Assembly (NCBI GenBank): GCA_902763905.1
Contig: CACWUA010000001.1
Span: 11 to 64,010, forward strand
Direction of reading: 5' to 3'
Source of the DNA: an uncultured Pseudomonadota bacterium
GTDB taxonomy: Bacteria > Pseudomonadota > Alphaproteobacteria > RF32 > CAG-239
DNA length: 64,000 nucleotides
The position numbers and the translations under genes were made by a program. The notes beneath the pieces are model-generated. The model saw nothing but the letters and a program-made list of their open reading frames with translations, was not told the origin of the DNA and searched no databases. Of the stretch, positions 10,460-19,989 are shown piece after piece; the first letter of the stretch is position 1; the number at the start of each line of letters is the position of its first letter.

Positions 10460-11032
10460 ATGGCTGATGATGATAAATATAAAAGATGTCCGGAATATTG
10501 TCCGTTTTTGAAGGCTAACGGCACGTTTTGTGAATTGTTTCGCCGACCGCTGCAAACTGTTCAAGGAATATCACAAAAATGCGAAGAATGTAAAAATCCG
10601 GAACAGCGTAAAAGTTCTTATAAAGCACTCGGATTGTCTGTAGATGCTCGTGAACAGATATGGCAAAAAGCAATCTTGAAATATAACGAGATAGAACTGG
10701 GTAAAAAACGTGAAGAAGAAGGTGTGCGCAAAAAATTTGCGGCTCTTTTGGAAGATAAATACGGAGCACGTCCTCCGCTTGAAGGTAATGCGTTCTTAAA
10801 GAATTTGATAATCAATCTTTATATGGTGCTTGATGCCACCGAGCGCAGTATGATGGCGGCCATCTTAAACGGGCGCAACGGCGATAGATTGATTGAAGCC
10901 ATTGAACGTGCGCCCAAAGATGAAACTTTACTGCGTAATTTTCGCCGTGAACTTGATGGGCAATTTCAAGAGCATCAGCTGGAAATTAAACGAGAACAGC
11001 AGCAAAGAGACAATATAAATCAGCGTATTTAA
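10460..11032 (+). CDS. Hypothetical protein with an N-terminal Cys cluster (zinc-ribbon-like) and a charged coiled C-terminal half
   Basis: The ORF is 190 aa and a GAGGT Shine-Dalgarno lies 5 nt upstream. The N-terminus reads CPEYC..C..C-x2-C. No family was recognised. Confidence 0.45.
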   Translation: MADDDKYKRCPEYCPFLKANGTFCELFRRPLQTVQGISQKCEECKNPEQRKSSYKALGLSVDAREQIWQKAILKYNEIELGKKREEEGVRKKFAALLEDKYGARPPLEGNAFLKNLIINLYMVLDATERSMMAAILNGRNGDRLIEAIERAPKDETLLRNFRRELDGQFQEHQLEIKREQQQRDNINQRI

Positions 11033-11094
11033 AATATTTGTTGTATTTTTGTCAAATTGGTTTATAATCTATATAAATCAAAGGAGCAATGATA

Positions 11095-13023
11095 ATGACA
11101 GTTGAGACATTACTTACCAGAACCAAAGACAATTGTGTTATCGCATTTACCGTTTACTTTGGCAATGCGGCTGAAAAAACGCGCTTAAAACACGAGTGCG
11201 AAAACTTGTGCCGAAACCTGAATTATAATGAGTTTAACAGCAATATGCTGCGCTCGCACGGGATATCCTTTGATGCCGACAATACCAATTTTTTACACAA
11301 AGAAATTTCCGGATATCATTATCGCAAAGACCGTGCAAACTTTCGTAATGATATGCGTACCGATCCGCCGGCACAAACAAACACGTTGTCCCTATCCTAC
11401 CGGCTTACCGATGATGAATTTCCGGAGATGTTAAAGAATCTCGGTTTTAAAATCACACCGGTTGATAAGGCGTATAATGTGCGCTATAATCCTTCTCAAG
11501 GAAAGTTTGAGGCAGAAAATTTTGTAAGTACTACAGCAACTGTTTATTCAGATGACCGTAAAATAGAAATAGTCCGTAATCATTTTCGTTTTTCGAGTGC
11601 CGATTATCGCCGCTTAAACGAACTAAAAAATGATTTTTTTAATGCAAGGCAAAGCAATCCGCACTTAAGCATGTCATCTTATGTAAGCGCAATTCCGGAT
11701 TTACGCGACAGAGCCTTATTTGATTTTTATGCCCGCGAAAAAAGTAAAGTGGACAATCGCCGGACGACAATAGCTCACGAAATCAAGCATATTAAAAACG
11801 CTGTGTTACGAGACGGTTTAAACCTTAAGTCAAATAACAAACGCTTAAGCGTTGAAAATTATTACCGTATTGCCGTAGAAAACGAGCGTAGTGCGTATTT
11901 AGAAGAACTTGTGCAGAATATTAATGAGTATTTGCAAAAAGGTAATTATAACGATTTTTCGATGTTTTATGTTAATAATGCGGATTTTGTTGCTGAGCTG
12001 AAGCGCTTGCGTACACCGGCCGAACGTTTGGCATACGTGCGAAATTGGCCGCAATTGCTGGCAGTAAAAATGCGTGATTTTAACAGTAATTATTTGGATA
12101 AATACTTTAATCAGTTTAAGCAAATAACCGAATCGAGTATTGAAAATGCACCGCTCAATGCGCAGCCTGACAATGACGATGCAGAGTTCAAAAAATTGCG
12201 CTCGCTATTTTATAATTATCAGATTTATAATCCGGCGTCACATAGTATGGAATCCGTGAATTTGGCGGATTATCTTACTGCTGATTTGGAGATAAGTATC
12301 AATGATAGAGTGCGTCGTGAAATTATTGAACCGCAGCAAAATTGTTTGAATAGGCAGTTAAGCGATTTTGCCAGCGATAAAGCTGCCGGAAACATAAATC
12401 CGGAATTGATTGAGCCGGCAAAAGCACTAATGCGCGGAGGATTGCAAAGCAGCGAGTTTATAAACGAAGTGGATAATTTTCGTGTCTCTTCTTTGTATGA
12501 AGATGATGGTAATTCATTTCCGCAGCCGACAGCACCGTCGATTCCCAGCGATCATGCTCAATGGAGCAACAATTTGCAGCAATATTGGAGTAATACTGTC
12601 GGATATACCGAACTCGCCAAGAATAATGAAGAATATAAGTTTAAGATTAATGGTGCAACAGTACGGTACTCTTCGGATAAAGATGTTCAGGTTAGTCAAA
12701 ATGCAAATTACCAGTTGTATGTCAAGTTATTGAATGAACCGAGCAAACAGAATGCTCCGATTGAATTTTTGGAGACGCTGCGCAAAGAACAAAAACTGCT
12801 TCTTTATATTGCCTGTATCAATAACGGACGCAAACCTATCGGAGCAGTTCCGACAGATTTTTCGGATATTGAAAATTTGCAAGGCATAGCTCCGGCAGAA
12901 ATAAATAAATTCCGCCATCGGATGCAGCAACAATCAGGTGCGGCTCAAAATGCCAATGCGCAAAGCACTCAAACTCGGGCTCAAAAGATGTGTATGCAAA
13001 AGACTATGCAAAATACGCGCTAA
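11095..13023 (+). CDS. Hypothetical 642-aa protein with an HExxH..E (gluzincin-like) motif and no signal peptide
   Basis: TIAHEIKHIKN contains an HExxH motif, and ENERSAYLEE ~35 aa downstream is a candidate third zinc ligand. The C-terminus is Gln/Asn/basic-rich. The ATG at 11095 was chosen because it lies 9 nt after an AGGAG Shine-Dalgarno, whereas the ATG at 11089 is too close to it. Confidence 0.5.
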   Translation: MTVETLLTRTKDNCVIAFTVYFGNAAEKTRLKHECENLCRNLNYNEFNSNMLRSHGISFDADNTNFLHKEISGYHYRKDRANFRNDMRTDPPAQTNTLSLSYRLTDDEFPEMLKNLGFKITPVDKAYNVRYNPSQGKFEAENFVSTTATVYSDDRKIEIVRNHFRFSSADYRRLNELKNDFFNARQSNPHLSMSSYVSAIPDLRDRALFDFYAREKSKVDNRRTTIAHEIKHIKNAVLRDGLNLKSNNKRLSVENYYRIAVENERSAYLEELVQNINEYLQKGNYNDFSMFYVNNADFVAELKRLRTPAERLAYVRNWPQLLAVKMRDFNSNYLDKYFNQFKQITESSIENAPLNAQPDNDDAEFKKLRSLFYNYQIYNPASHSMESVNLADYLTADLEISINDRVRREIIEPQQNCLNRQLSDFASDKAAGNINPELIEPAKALMRGGLQSSEFINEVDNFRVSSLYEDDGNSFPQPTAPSIPSDHAQWSNNLQQYWSNTVGYTELAKNNEEYKFKINGATVRYSSDKDVQVSQNANYQLYVKLLNEPSKQNAPIEFLETLRKEQKLLLYIACINNGRKPIGAVPTDFSDIENLQGIAPAEINKFRHRMQQQSGAAQNANAQSTQTRAQKMCMQKTMQNTR

Positions 13024-13154
13024 AAGTCGACCTCGATAAATGAGCAAGAAACTTGCAATTTGCAAAAAAATGATTTACGGTACTCAAAAGAGTAAAACAC
13101 CTCTCCAGAGTCAAAAAAACAGCCCTTATCGGCATTAGGAGTTTTGGGATAAAA

Positions 13155-14495
13155 ATGGATAGCAAAACAATATATGCTCTGTCGACATTGTTCGGCAAGT
13201 CAGGAATAGCGGTCATACGAATTTCCGGAAGCGATGCTTTTTCAGTATTTGATAAATTGACGGATATTGATTCTGCAAAAGCAATAAGTCGCAAAATGTA
13301 TTATTCGAAGATTTTTGACAGTGTTTCACATGAAACATTGGATAATTGTATGATAGTCGGTTTTCGTGCGCCTAACTCGTTTACGGGAGAAGATACGGTA
13401 GAAATCAACTGCCATGGCTCTAAAGCTGTAATTCGCAGTATATTGGAAGCTTTGTCTGCCCTGCCCTCTTTTCGTTTAGCCGAGCCGGGAGAGTTTTCGC
13501 GCCGCGCTTTCTATAACGGGAAAATGGATTTAACCGAGGCCGATGGTTTGGCAGACTTAATTGATGCAGAAACTAAAATTCAGCAAAAAACAGCGTTACG
13601 CCAAATGGGAGGAACACTGTTCAACCTCTATAATTCATGGCGCGAAGAACTTGTGGCAATGCAAGCGTATTTGGAGGCTTTTATTGATTTTCCGGATGAA
13701 GAAATTCCTGAGGACACTGTTTTTAAAATTGAAAACACCGTATTTAAATTGATGGAGCAAATATCCGATCATATTGAGGATAATAAGATTGAGGAACGAC
13801 TGCGCGATGGGTTTCAAGTAGTTATATCCGGTCCGACCAACGCCGGTAAATCAAGTTTGATAAATGCACTGGTTAAAAGAAATGTGGCTATAGTTTCCGA
13901 TATTGCCGGAACAACTCGTGATGTTATTGATGCGTACGTTGATATAAATGGTTTTCCGGTTATATTTTCCGATACGGCCGGATTGCGTGAATCATCGGAC
14001 ATTATAGAGCAATTGGGCGTGAAGCTGGCTCAAGAAAAAGTTGCCGCGGCCGATTATAATATTTTCTTGTTTGATGCAGAAAACACTTCACCGGATATTT
14101 TTGCTCAATATTGTAAGCAAAACAGTCACTATTTATTGGTGGCAAATAAGGCAGATAAGATTTCAAACTTTCGCAAAAACGAGCTCGAGGCGCAGGGGTG
14201 CATTGTCATCTCCGCTAAAAATAATGAAAATATTTCTGCAATTTCCAATCGTTTATCTCAATATTTTGATTCGATATATCAACAAAGTTCTGCATCTCTG
14301 ATTACCCGACATCGCTATAAAGAGTCTCTTAAGGAATGCTTGGATAACTTGCAAAGGTTTAATTTGCAAAAGAATATTGAACTTGCTGCCGAAGATATTC
14401 GCTTGGCTTGTCGTGCCATAGGTAAAATTACCGGTCGCGTTGAGGTTAATGAAATACTCGATAAGATATTTAGCAGTTTTTGTATTGGAAAATAA
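13155..14495 (+). CDS. mnmE: tRNA modification GTPase MnmE (TrmE)
   Basis: N-terminal domain GIAVIRISG, a G domain (GPTNAGKSSLINAL, DTAGLRE) and the C-terminal CIGK motif. Confidence 0.9.
   Translation: MDSKTIYALSTLFGKSGIAVIRISGSDAFSVFDKLTDIDSAKAISRKMYYSKIFDSVSHETLDNCMIVGFRAPNSFTGEDTVEINCHGSKAVIRSILEALSALPSFRLAEPGEFSRRAFYNGKMDLTEADGLADLIDAETKIQQKTALRQMGGTLFNLYNSWREELVAMQAYLEAFIDFPDEEIPEDTVFKIENTVFKLMEQISDHIEDNKIEERLRDGFQVVISGPTNAGKSSLINALVKRNVAIVSDIAGTTRDVIDAYVDINGFPVIFSDTAGLRESSDIIEQLGVKLAQEKVAAADYNIFLFDAENTSPDIFAQYCKQNSHYLLVANKADKISNFRKNELEAQGCIVISAKNNENISAISNRLSQYFDSIYQQSSASLITRHRYKESLKECLDNLQRFNLQKNIELAAEDIRLACRAIGKITGRVEVNEILDKIFSSFCIGK
13322..13337 (+). promoter_or_regulatory. parS-like site (TGTTTCACATGAAACA, 1 mismatch to consensus)
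   Basis: One mismatch to the 16-bp TGTTTCACGTGAAACA palindrome; the site is inside mnmE. Confidence 0.5.
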
Positions 14496-14665
14496 CACTG
14501 TATTTAAAGAAATTGAATCAAATTTTTAACTTTCTTTAATAAGATTTTGAAAAGACTCGTCAAATTTTGAATGTATGAGCAGTGTATTTAAATAAATATA
14601 TTTGATTTTTGTTTGCAATTTAAAATGACTTGTTTTATGTTAGGCGCAGTTTAAAAGAGGTGAAA

Positions 14666-16513
14666 ATGATCGAGCAAACAGATGTAATTGTGGTCGGCGG
14701 TGGTCATGCCGGCTGTGAAGCAGCTGCTGCAGCTGCTCGCATGGGTGTAAATACCCTGCTTATAACACATAAAATTGATAAGATAGGTGAAATGTCATGC
14801 AATCCGGCAATAGGCGGCTTGGGCAAAGGGCACTTGGTGCGTGAAATTGATGCTTTAGACGGATTGATGGCTCGCGTGATTGACAAGGCCGGTATCCAGT
14901 TTCGTATGCTGAACTTATCTAAGGGACCTGCCGTTCGCGGACCGCGTGCGCAAGCCGATCGCTCGCTATATAAAAAATTTATGCTCGATGAATTACGTAA
15001 AATCAATAAGTTAGATATAATGGAAGCGTCTGTCGAGGGGCTAATTATAGAAAAAAATCATATCTCCGGCATAGTGTTGTCTGATGGCAGAAAAATTTCT
15101 GCTGCAGCCGTTGTTCTTACTACAGGTACTTTTTTAAATGGAATAATGTTTACCGGCCATCAAACGTCTGAAGGCGGACGTATCGGTGACGAGTCATGTA
15201 AGGGAATAACACCGTATTTAAAACAGGCCGGACTGACATTGGGGCGGCTGAAAACAGGCACTCCGGCTCGTCTTAACGGTAAAACGATTAATTGGGAAAT
15301 TTTGGCGAAACAAGCAGGCGACGAATTGCCTCAAGCCTTTTCATTTTTAACTGATAAAATCACGAATCCGCAGATTGAGTGTGGAATAACCTGCACAAAT
15401 GAATCAACACATAAAATTATTCGAGAAAACTTTTCAAAATGCGCGCTTTTTTCGGGTTTGATTACCGGTCGTGGCCCGCGCTATTGTCCGAGTATCGAAG
15501 ATAAGTTGGTGCGTTTTGCCGATAGAACGTCGCATCAGATATTTTTGGAACCGGAGGGTTATGACACTGATGTTGTATATCCTAATGGTATTTCGACTTC
15601 ATTGCCGGCTGATGTGCAAGATGCCTTTATTCATACAATGATGGGCTTGGAAAATGTGGAAATTCTGCGTTACGCCTACGCTATTGAATATGATTATGTT
15701 GATCCGCGGGAATTAGACCATTGTTTGCAAACCAAAAAGGTAAAAGGATTATATCTGGCCGGACAAATTAATGGTACAACCGGATACGAAGAAGCAGCAG
15801 CGCAAGGACTGTTGGCTGGAATTAACGCGGCATTGAGCGTTGCAGGCGGCGAACAAGAATTTTATATAGATCGCAGTCAAGGATATATCGGAGTCATGGT
15901 GGACGATTTGATTACCAAAGGCGTTGATGAACCATATCGTATGTTTACATCGCGCTCTGAGTACCGCTTAGTGTTGCGGGCTGATAATGCTGATATGCGT
16001 TTGACTGAATTGGGGTATAAAATCGGCTGTGTGAGCGAAGATAGATACAGCGTATTTAAACAAAAAAAACAAGCAATTGAATCTTTTGATATGTATTGCA
16101 GGTCTGTTCCGGTACCTTTTTCTGAAATAGAGAAGCAAGGTTTGAGTGTTAAGCATAATGGCAAAAAGACACTGAAAGATGTTATGAGTTACCCTGATGT
16201 TTCACGTGAAACAATGTGCAAAATTGATTCTAAAATCAATGAGATTGATGATAAAATTTATGAACAAGTTGAAATTGATGCAAAGTATTCGGGGTACATA
16301 AAGCGTGAATATGAGGATATTGCTGTGTTTAAACGCGATGAAAATCTAAAAATACGTGAAGATATTGATTACACCAAGATAGGCGGACTCTCAACCGAAA
16401 TGATCCATCGCTTTTCAACAGTTCGCCCTAAAACTATCGGAGAGGCCTCGAGAATCACCGGCGTGACTCCGGCTGCCATAACAGCATTATTGGGATATAT
16501 TAAAAATGCTTAG
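14666..16513 (+). CDS. mnmG: tRNA uridine 5-carboxymethylaminomethyl modification enzyme MnmG (GidA)
   Basis: An FAD-binding N-terminus ([15 protein letters not shown]) and the full-length GidA architecture. A GAGGTG RBS precedes the ATG at 14666; the in-frame ATG at 14630 is unlikely. Confidence 0.9.
   Translation: MIEQTDVIVVGGGHAGCEAAAAAARMGVNTLLITHKIDKIGEMSCNPAIGGLGKGHLVREIDALDGLMARVIDKAGIQFRMLNLSKGPAVRGPRAQADRSLYKKFMLDELRKINKLDIMEASVEGLIIEKNHISGIVLSDGRKISAAAVVLTTGTFLNGIMFTGHQTSEGGRIGDESCKGITPYLKQAGLTLGRLKTGTPARLNGKTINWEILAKQAGDELPQAFSFLTDKITNPQIECGITCTNESTHKIIRENFSKCALFSGLITGRGPRYCPSIEDKLVRFADRTSHQIFLEPEGYDTDVVYPNGISTSLPADVQDAFIHTMMGLENVEILRYAYAIEYDYVDPRELDHCLQTKKVKGLYLAGQINGTTGYEEAAAQGLLAGINAALSVAGGEQEFYIDRSQGYIGVMVDDLITKGVDEPYRMFTSRSEYRLVLRADNADMRLTELGYKIGCVSEDRYSVFKQKKQAIESFDMYCRSVPVPFSEIEKQGLSVKHNGKKTLKDVMSYPDVSRETMCKIDSKINEIDDKIYEQVEIDAKYSGYIKREYEDIAVFKRDENLKIREDIDYTKIGGLSTEMIHRFSTVRPKTIGEASRITGVTPAAITALLGYIKNA
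16198..16213 (+). promoter_or_regulatory. parS site (perfect TGTTTCACGTGAAACA)
   Basis: Exact 16-bp parS consensus palindrome inside the mnmG coding sequence. Confidence 0.7.
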
Positions 16514-17351
16514 CGTTCAAAATTATTCATATCATAATCACACCGATTTTTCTGACGGCATAGATTCTCTTATCGCCATGGTTAAGCGAGCTAAAGAAAT
16601 CGGCTTTGCCGAACTTGGTATCAGCGATCATTTAATTGTCCACAAAAATATGTATCAAAGTCCGAGTTGGGCTGATATGCAGCAAAAAAGTGCGGCATAT
16701 ATATATAATGCAGATTTTAAAAGTATATTGGATAAGTATCGTTATCACTGTGATGAAATACGCCGGCTTTCACGTAGCGAAAATTTCAAACTCTATGTTG
16801 GTTTTGAGGTCGATTATTTTACCTACGATGGCTGGGAAGAAGAATTTAAATGGTTTGTATCACAATTGGATTATGATTATTTGCAGAGCGGAAATCATTT
16901 TTTTTGCAACGAGAGCTGTGAAAAAATTATAAATATGGCAAACTTCTTACTGCTATGCCAAGATAATCAATTGCAATATAAATATATTGCGCAGCATTTT
17001 TCTATATTAAAAAAAGCGGTAGAAAGCAGAATGTTCAAATTTCTCGCTCATTTTGATTACTTAAAACGATTTTGCGGAAATGCTTATAGATTTGATCTCT
17101 TTAAGAATGATATTGCTGTAGTGTTAGATGGCTTACAGCAAACGCAAACAGCGCTGGAGGTTAGTACTAAAGGATTGCGAAAAGCCGGAGAACTCTACCC
17201 AGGTGCGGAAATTTTGCAAGAAACTGCCAAACGCGATATAGCAGTTATTATCAATGATGACGCGCATTGTGCAGCCGAACTGGGAATGAGCTTTGATAAA
17301 GCTGAGGCTGAGCTCGTAAAATATGGTATCACCAAGCGTTTAAAATTTTAG
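16506..17351 (+). CDS. PHP-domain phosphoesterase (histidinol-phosphatase/TrpH-like family)
   Basis: The N-terminus HNHTDFSDG...GISDH matches PHP metal-binding motifs. The start ATG overlaps the mnmG stop (ATGCTTAG). Confidence 0.6.
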   Translation: MLSVQNYSYHNHTDFSDGIDSLIAMVKRAKEIGFAELGISDHLIVHKNMYQSPSWADMQQKSAAYIYNADFKSILDKYRYHCDEIRRLSRSENFKLYVGFEVDYFTYDGWEEEFKWFVSQLDYDYLQSGNHFFCNESCEKIINMANFLLLCQDNQLQYKYIAQHFSILKKAVESRMFKFLAHFDYLKRFCGNAYRFDLFKNDIAVVLDGLQQTQTALEVSTKGLRKAGELYPGAEILQETAKRDIAVIINDDAHCAAELGMSFDKAEAELVKYGITKRLKF

Positions 17352-17416
17352 TTTAATAACCGAGATATTTTGTTGCAAATTTAAAAGAATCTCTCATACT
17401 ATTCTGAGAGGATAAA

Positions 17417-18043
17417 ATGGATATAAATTTTGAATTGCAAAAATATGCTGTTTCACGTGAAACAATCCAAAAATTAAACAATTTTGTGGAAATTCTTCGC
17501 GATTGGAATAATAAGATGAATCTGGTCAGTAAAAATTCTATGAATGACGTTTGGGAACGTCATGTTTTGGATTCGTTGCAATTGCTGGATTATATTCCAC
17601 AAAATGCAAAGCACTTGGTCGATATTGGCAGCGGAGCAGGATTTCCGGCTGTCGTGCTGGCGATTGCTATGCAAGAAAAAATGCCACAAACTAAAATAAC
17701 AATGGTTGAAAGTATTACTAAAAAAACGGTGTATTTAAACGATGTGTCGCAAAAATTAGGTTTATCGAATGTTGAAATTGAAAATAATCGTGTTGAAAAT
17801 ATTGTATTTAAAAGTGTTGATGTTGTTACGGCACGTGCAGTTGCTGCTTTGGATATTTTGTGCGGGTATGCCTATAAAATAATCGGTAAAAGCGGTAAAT
17901 TGCTCTTTTTGAAGGGTAAAACATATGAACAAGAACACGCCGTGGCGTGTCAAAAATGGGGCTATGATTTAACTGTTTATCCAAACAAATACTGCGGCGA
18001 TGGTGTGTTGATGGAATTGTGTAATTTGAGGAAAAAACAATGA
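17417..18043 (+). CDS. rsmG: 16S rRNA (guanine527-N7)-methyltransferase RsmG (GidB)
   Basis: SAM-binding motif DIGSGAGFPAVVLAI, ~208 aa, located between mnmG and parA. Confidence 0.85.
   Translation: MDINFELQKYAVSRETIQKLNNFVEILRDWNNKMNLVSKNSMNDVWERHVLDSLQLLDYIPQNAKHLVDIGSGAGFPAVVLAIAMQEKMPQTKITMVESITKKTVYLNDVSQKLGLSNVEIENNRVENIVFKSVDVVTARAVAALDILCGYAYKIIGKSGKLLFLKGKTYEQEHAVACQKWGYDLTVYPNKYCGDGVLMELCNLRKKQ
17449..17464 (+). promoter_or_regulatory. parS site (perfect TGTTTCACGTGAAACA)
   Basis: Exact parS palindrome at the 5' end of the rsmG coding sequence. Confidence 0.7.
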
Positions 18044-18807
18044 AGATAATTTCGATAGCAAACCGCAAAGGCGGAGTTGGTAAGACTACCACAACAATTA
18101 ATATAGCCACAGCATTGTCAGCTATAAATAAAAGAGTGATGGTAATTGATTTTGATCCGCAGGGAAATGCCACAACGTCATTGGGAATAGCCAAAAAGAA
18201 AAATCAGTATTCATCATACAGTGTTCTGACCGGAGGCTGCAAGGCGGCAGAAGCTATAGTGCATACTGATATTCCACGGTTCGATATAATGCCGTCATCA
18301 CCTGATCTGGCTGCGGCCGAAATAGAGTTGGTGGACTTATCGGATCGTGAGTTTGTATTAAAAAAAGCACTGCAAAACTTGGCACAAAATTATGACTATA
18401 TACTCATCGATTGCCCGCCGTCCTTAAATCTAATAACCATCAATGCTCTTGTTTGTTCTGACTCGGTGATTGTCCCTTTGCAGTGCGAATTTTTGGCACT
18501 TGAGGGGTTGGCAGATTTGATTAAGAATATTAATGCGATAAAGAGAAATTTTAATCCTAACTTAAAATTACAGGGAATTATTTTGACAATGTTCAGCCGT
18601 CAAAATAATTTGAGCAAAATGATTGAGGCAGATGTGCGTAAATACTTCGGCGATAAAGTTTATCGCACCGTTATTCCGAGGTGCGTTCGCATTGCTGAAG
18701 CACCGTCATTCGGAAAACCGATTTTGGTATATGATTTTAAGAGTACCGGCGCTCAAGCATATATTCAGCTGGCAAAAGAGTTTTTAATGCGTGAAAAGGA
18801 GGCGTAG
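18040..18807 (+). CDS. parA: Chromosome partitioning ATPase ParA (Soj)
   Basis: Deviant Walker A (KIISIANRKGGVGKTTTTINIA) and a 4-nt overlap with the rsmG stop. Confidence 0.9.
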   Translation: MKIISIANRKGGVGKTTTTINIATALSAINKRVMVIDFDPQGNATTSLGIAKKKNQYSSYSVLTGGCKAAEAIVHTDIPRFDIMPSSPDLAAAEIELVDLSDREFVLKKALQNLAQNYDYILIDCPPSLNLITINALVCSDSVIVPLQCEFLALEGLADLIKNINAIKRNFNPNLKLQGIILTMFSRQNNLSKMIEADVRKYFGDKVYRTVIPRCVRIAEAPSFGKPILVYDFKSTGAQAYIQLAKEFLMREKEA

Positions 18808-19704
18808 ATGAACGCAAGCAATAAAAAATTTGGTTTAGGCAGAGGTATAGAAGCCTTATTGGGAGACGACGAACTGAATTTTAATGACATTGATGGCGAT
18901 GATAAAATTGCAAATAACACTGTATTTAAAGATTTGGATACAGATATTTCGGAAGCTGCGGTTGATAATATAATGCCATGTCAGTTTCAGCCGCGAACAG
19001 CGTTTGATGAGGAATCTCTGCAATCATTAAGTGAGTCCATCAAGGAAAAAGGCGTGTTGCAGCCGCTCTTGGTAAGAAAACAGGGTTTGCATTATGAGAT
19101 TGTTGCCGGAGAGCGCCGTTGGCGTGCCGCACAGAAAGCCGGATTAAAAACCGTTCCGATCATTATTAAAGAATTATCGGATCAAGAAACATTGGAAGTT
19201 GCGTTGATAGAAAATCTGCAGCGCGAAAATTTAACTCCGATTGAAGAGGCGGAGGGATTTAATAAACTTATGCAAGAATATGAGTATACGCAAGATGCTT
19301 TAGGTAAAGTTATCGGCAAATCACGCAGTTATGTTGCCAATAGCCTTCGTTTGCTTGTCTTGCCGGCGGATGTTAAACAAATGCTGAATGATGGTTTGCT
19401 GACGGCAGGTCATGCGCGCGCTCTTGTCGGTTTGCCGGCGGCTTCTGAAATAGCAAAAAAAATTGTAACCAAAGGTTTGAATGTGCGTCAGACTGAGCAG
19501 CTTATCGTCGACATCAAAAACAAAAAAACAAAGCCTGAAAAGATAGCTGATAGGGATTTGTTGCAAATAATTGCCGATTTGGAACGTAAATTAAGCCTAA
19601 AAGTCAAAATTAATGCTGGAAAAAACGGAAAAGGTAGTGTAACATTAAAATATAACAATCCGGCGGAGCTGAGCTCTATACTGGATATTTTGGAACAACG
19701 CTGA
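18808..19704 (+). CDS. parB: Chromosome partitioning protein ParB (Spo0J)
   Basis: ParB box GERRWRAAQKAGL, an HTH region and a C-terminal dimerisation region. The gene abuts the parA stop. Confidence 0.9.
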   Translation: MNASNKKFGLGRGIEALLGDDELNFNDIDGDDKIANNTVFKDLDTDISEAAVDNIMPCQFQPRTAFDEESLQSLSESIKEKGVLQPLLVRKQGLHYEIVAGERRWRAAQKAGLKTVPIIIKELSDQETLEVALIENLQRENLTPIEEAEGFNKLMQEYEYTQDALGKVIGKSRSYVANSLRLLVLPADVKQMLNDGLLTAGHARALVGLPAASEIAKKIVTKGLNVRQTEQLIVDIKNKKTKPEKIADRDLLQIIADLERKLSLKVKINAGKNGKGSVTLKYNNPAELSSILDILEQR

Positions 19705-19722
19705 TTTTATAAGGAGAAGAAA

Positions 19723-19968
19723 ATGCCTACAATCTTGGAAATGATGTTGGAAAATTGCAAAAAAGCCGGATATCACCCGACTGCAAATATTGAAAAAATC
19801 GCCAAAGCTAAAAATATGATGTTTGGCGAAAGCGAATGGCGTCGTTGCCCATGTGATGGGCAAAACGAAAAAAGATACTGCATTTCCGATTTATGCCGCA
19901 GCGATATTGAACGTGATGGTATTTGCCATTGTCGTTGTTATCAAAAATCAGGTACTGACAACGGATAA
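19723..19968 (+). CDS. Small Cys-rich protein with CPC...CHC motifs (ferredoxin-thioredoxin-reductase catalytic-subunit-like)
   Basis: The ORF is 81 aa and a GGAGAAG RBS lies 8 nt upstream. The sequence RRCPCDGQNEKRYCISDLCRSDIERDGICHCRCY resembles the CPC/CHC arrangement of FtrC-type [4Fe-4S]-disulfide proteins. Confidence 0.4.
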   Translation: MPTILEMMLENCKKAGYHPTANIEKIAKAKNMMFGESEWRRCPCDGQNEKRYCISDLCRSDIERDGICHCRCYQKSGTDNG

Positions 19969-19989
19969 ATTTTTATATGGAATTTATGA

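Noticed and set aside
10439-10462. Apparent palindrome ACCCTCA-TC-TGAGGT overlapping the Shine-Dalgarno of the 190-aa gene
   Set aside because: On recounting, the stem is only 4-5 bp with a 2-4-nt loop, which is too weak to call a regulatory hairpin.
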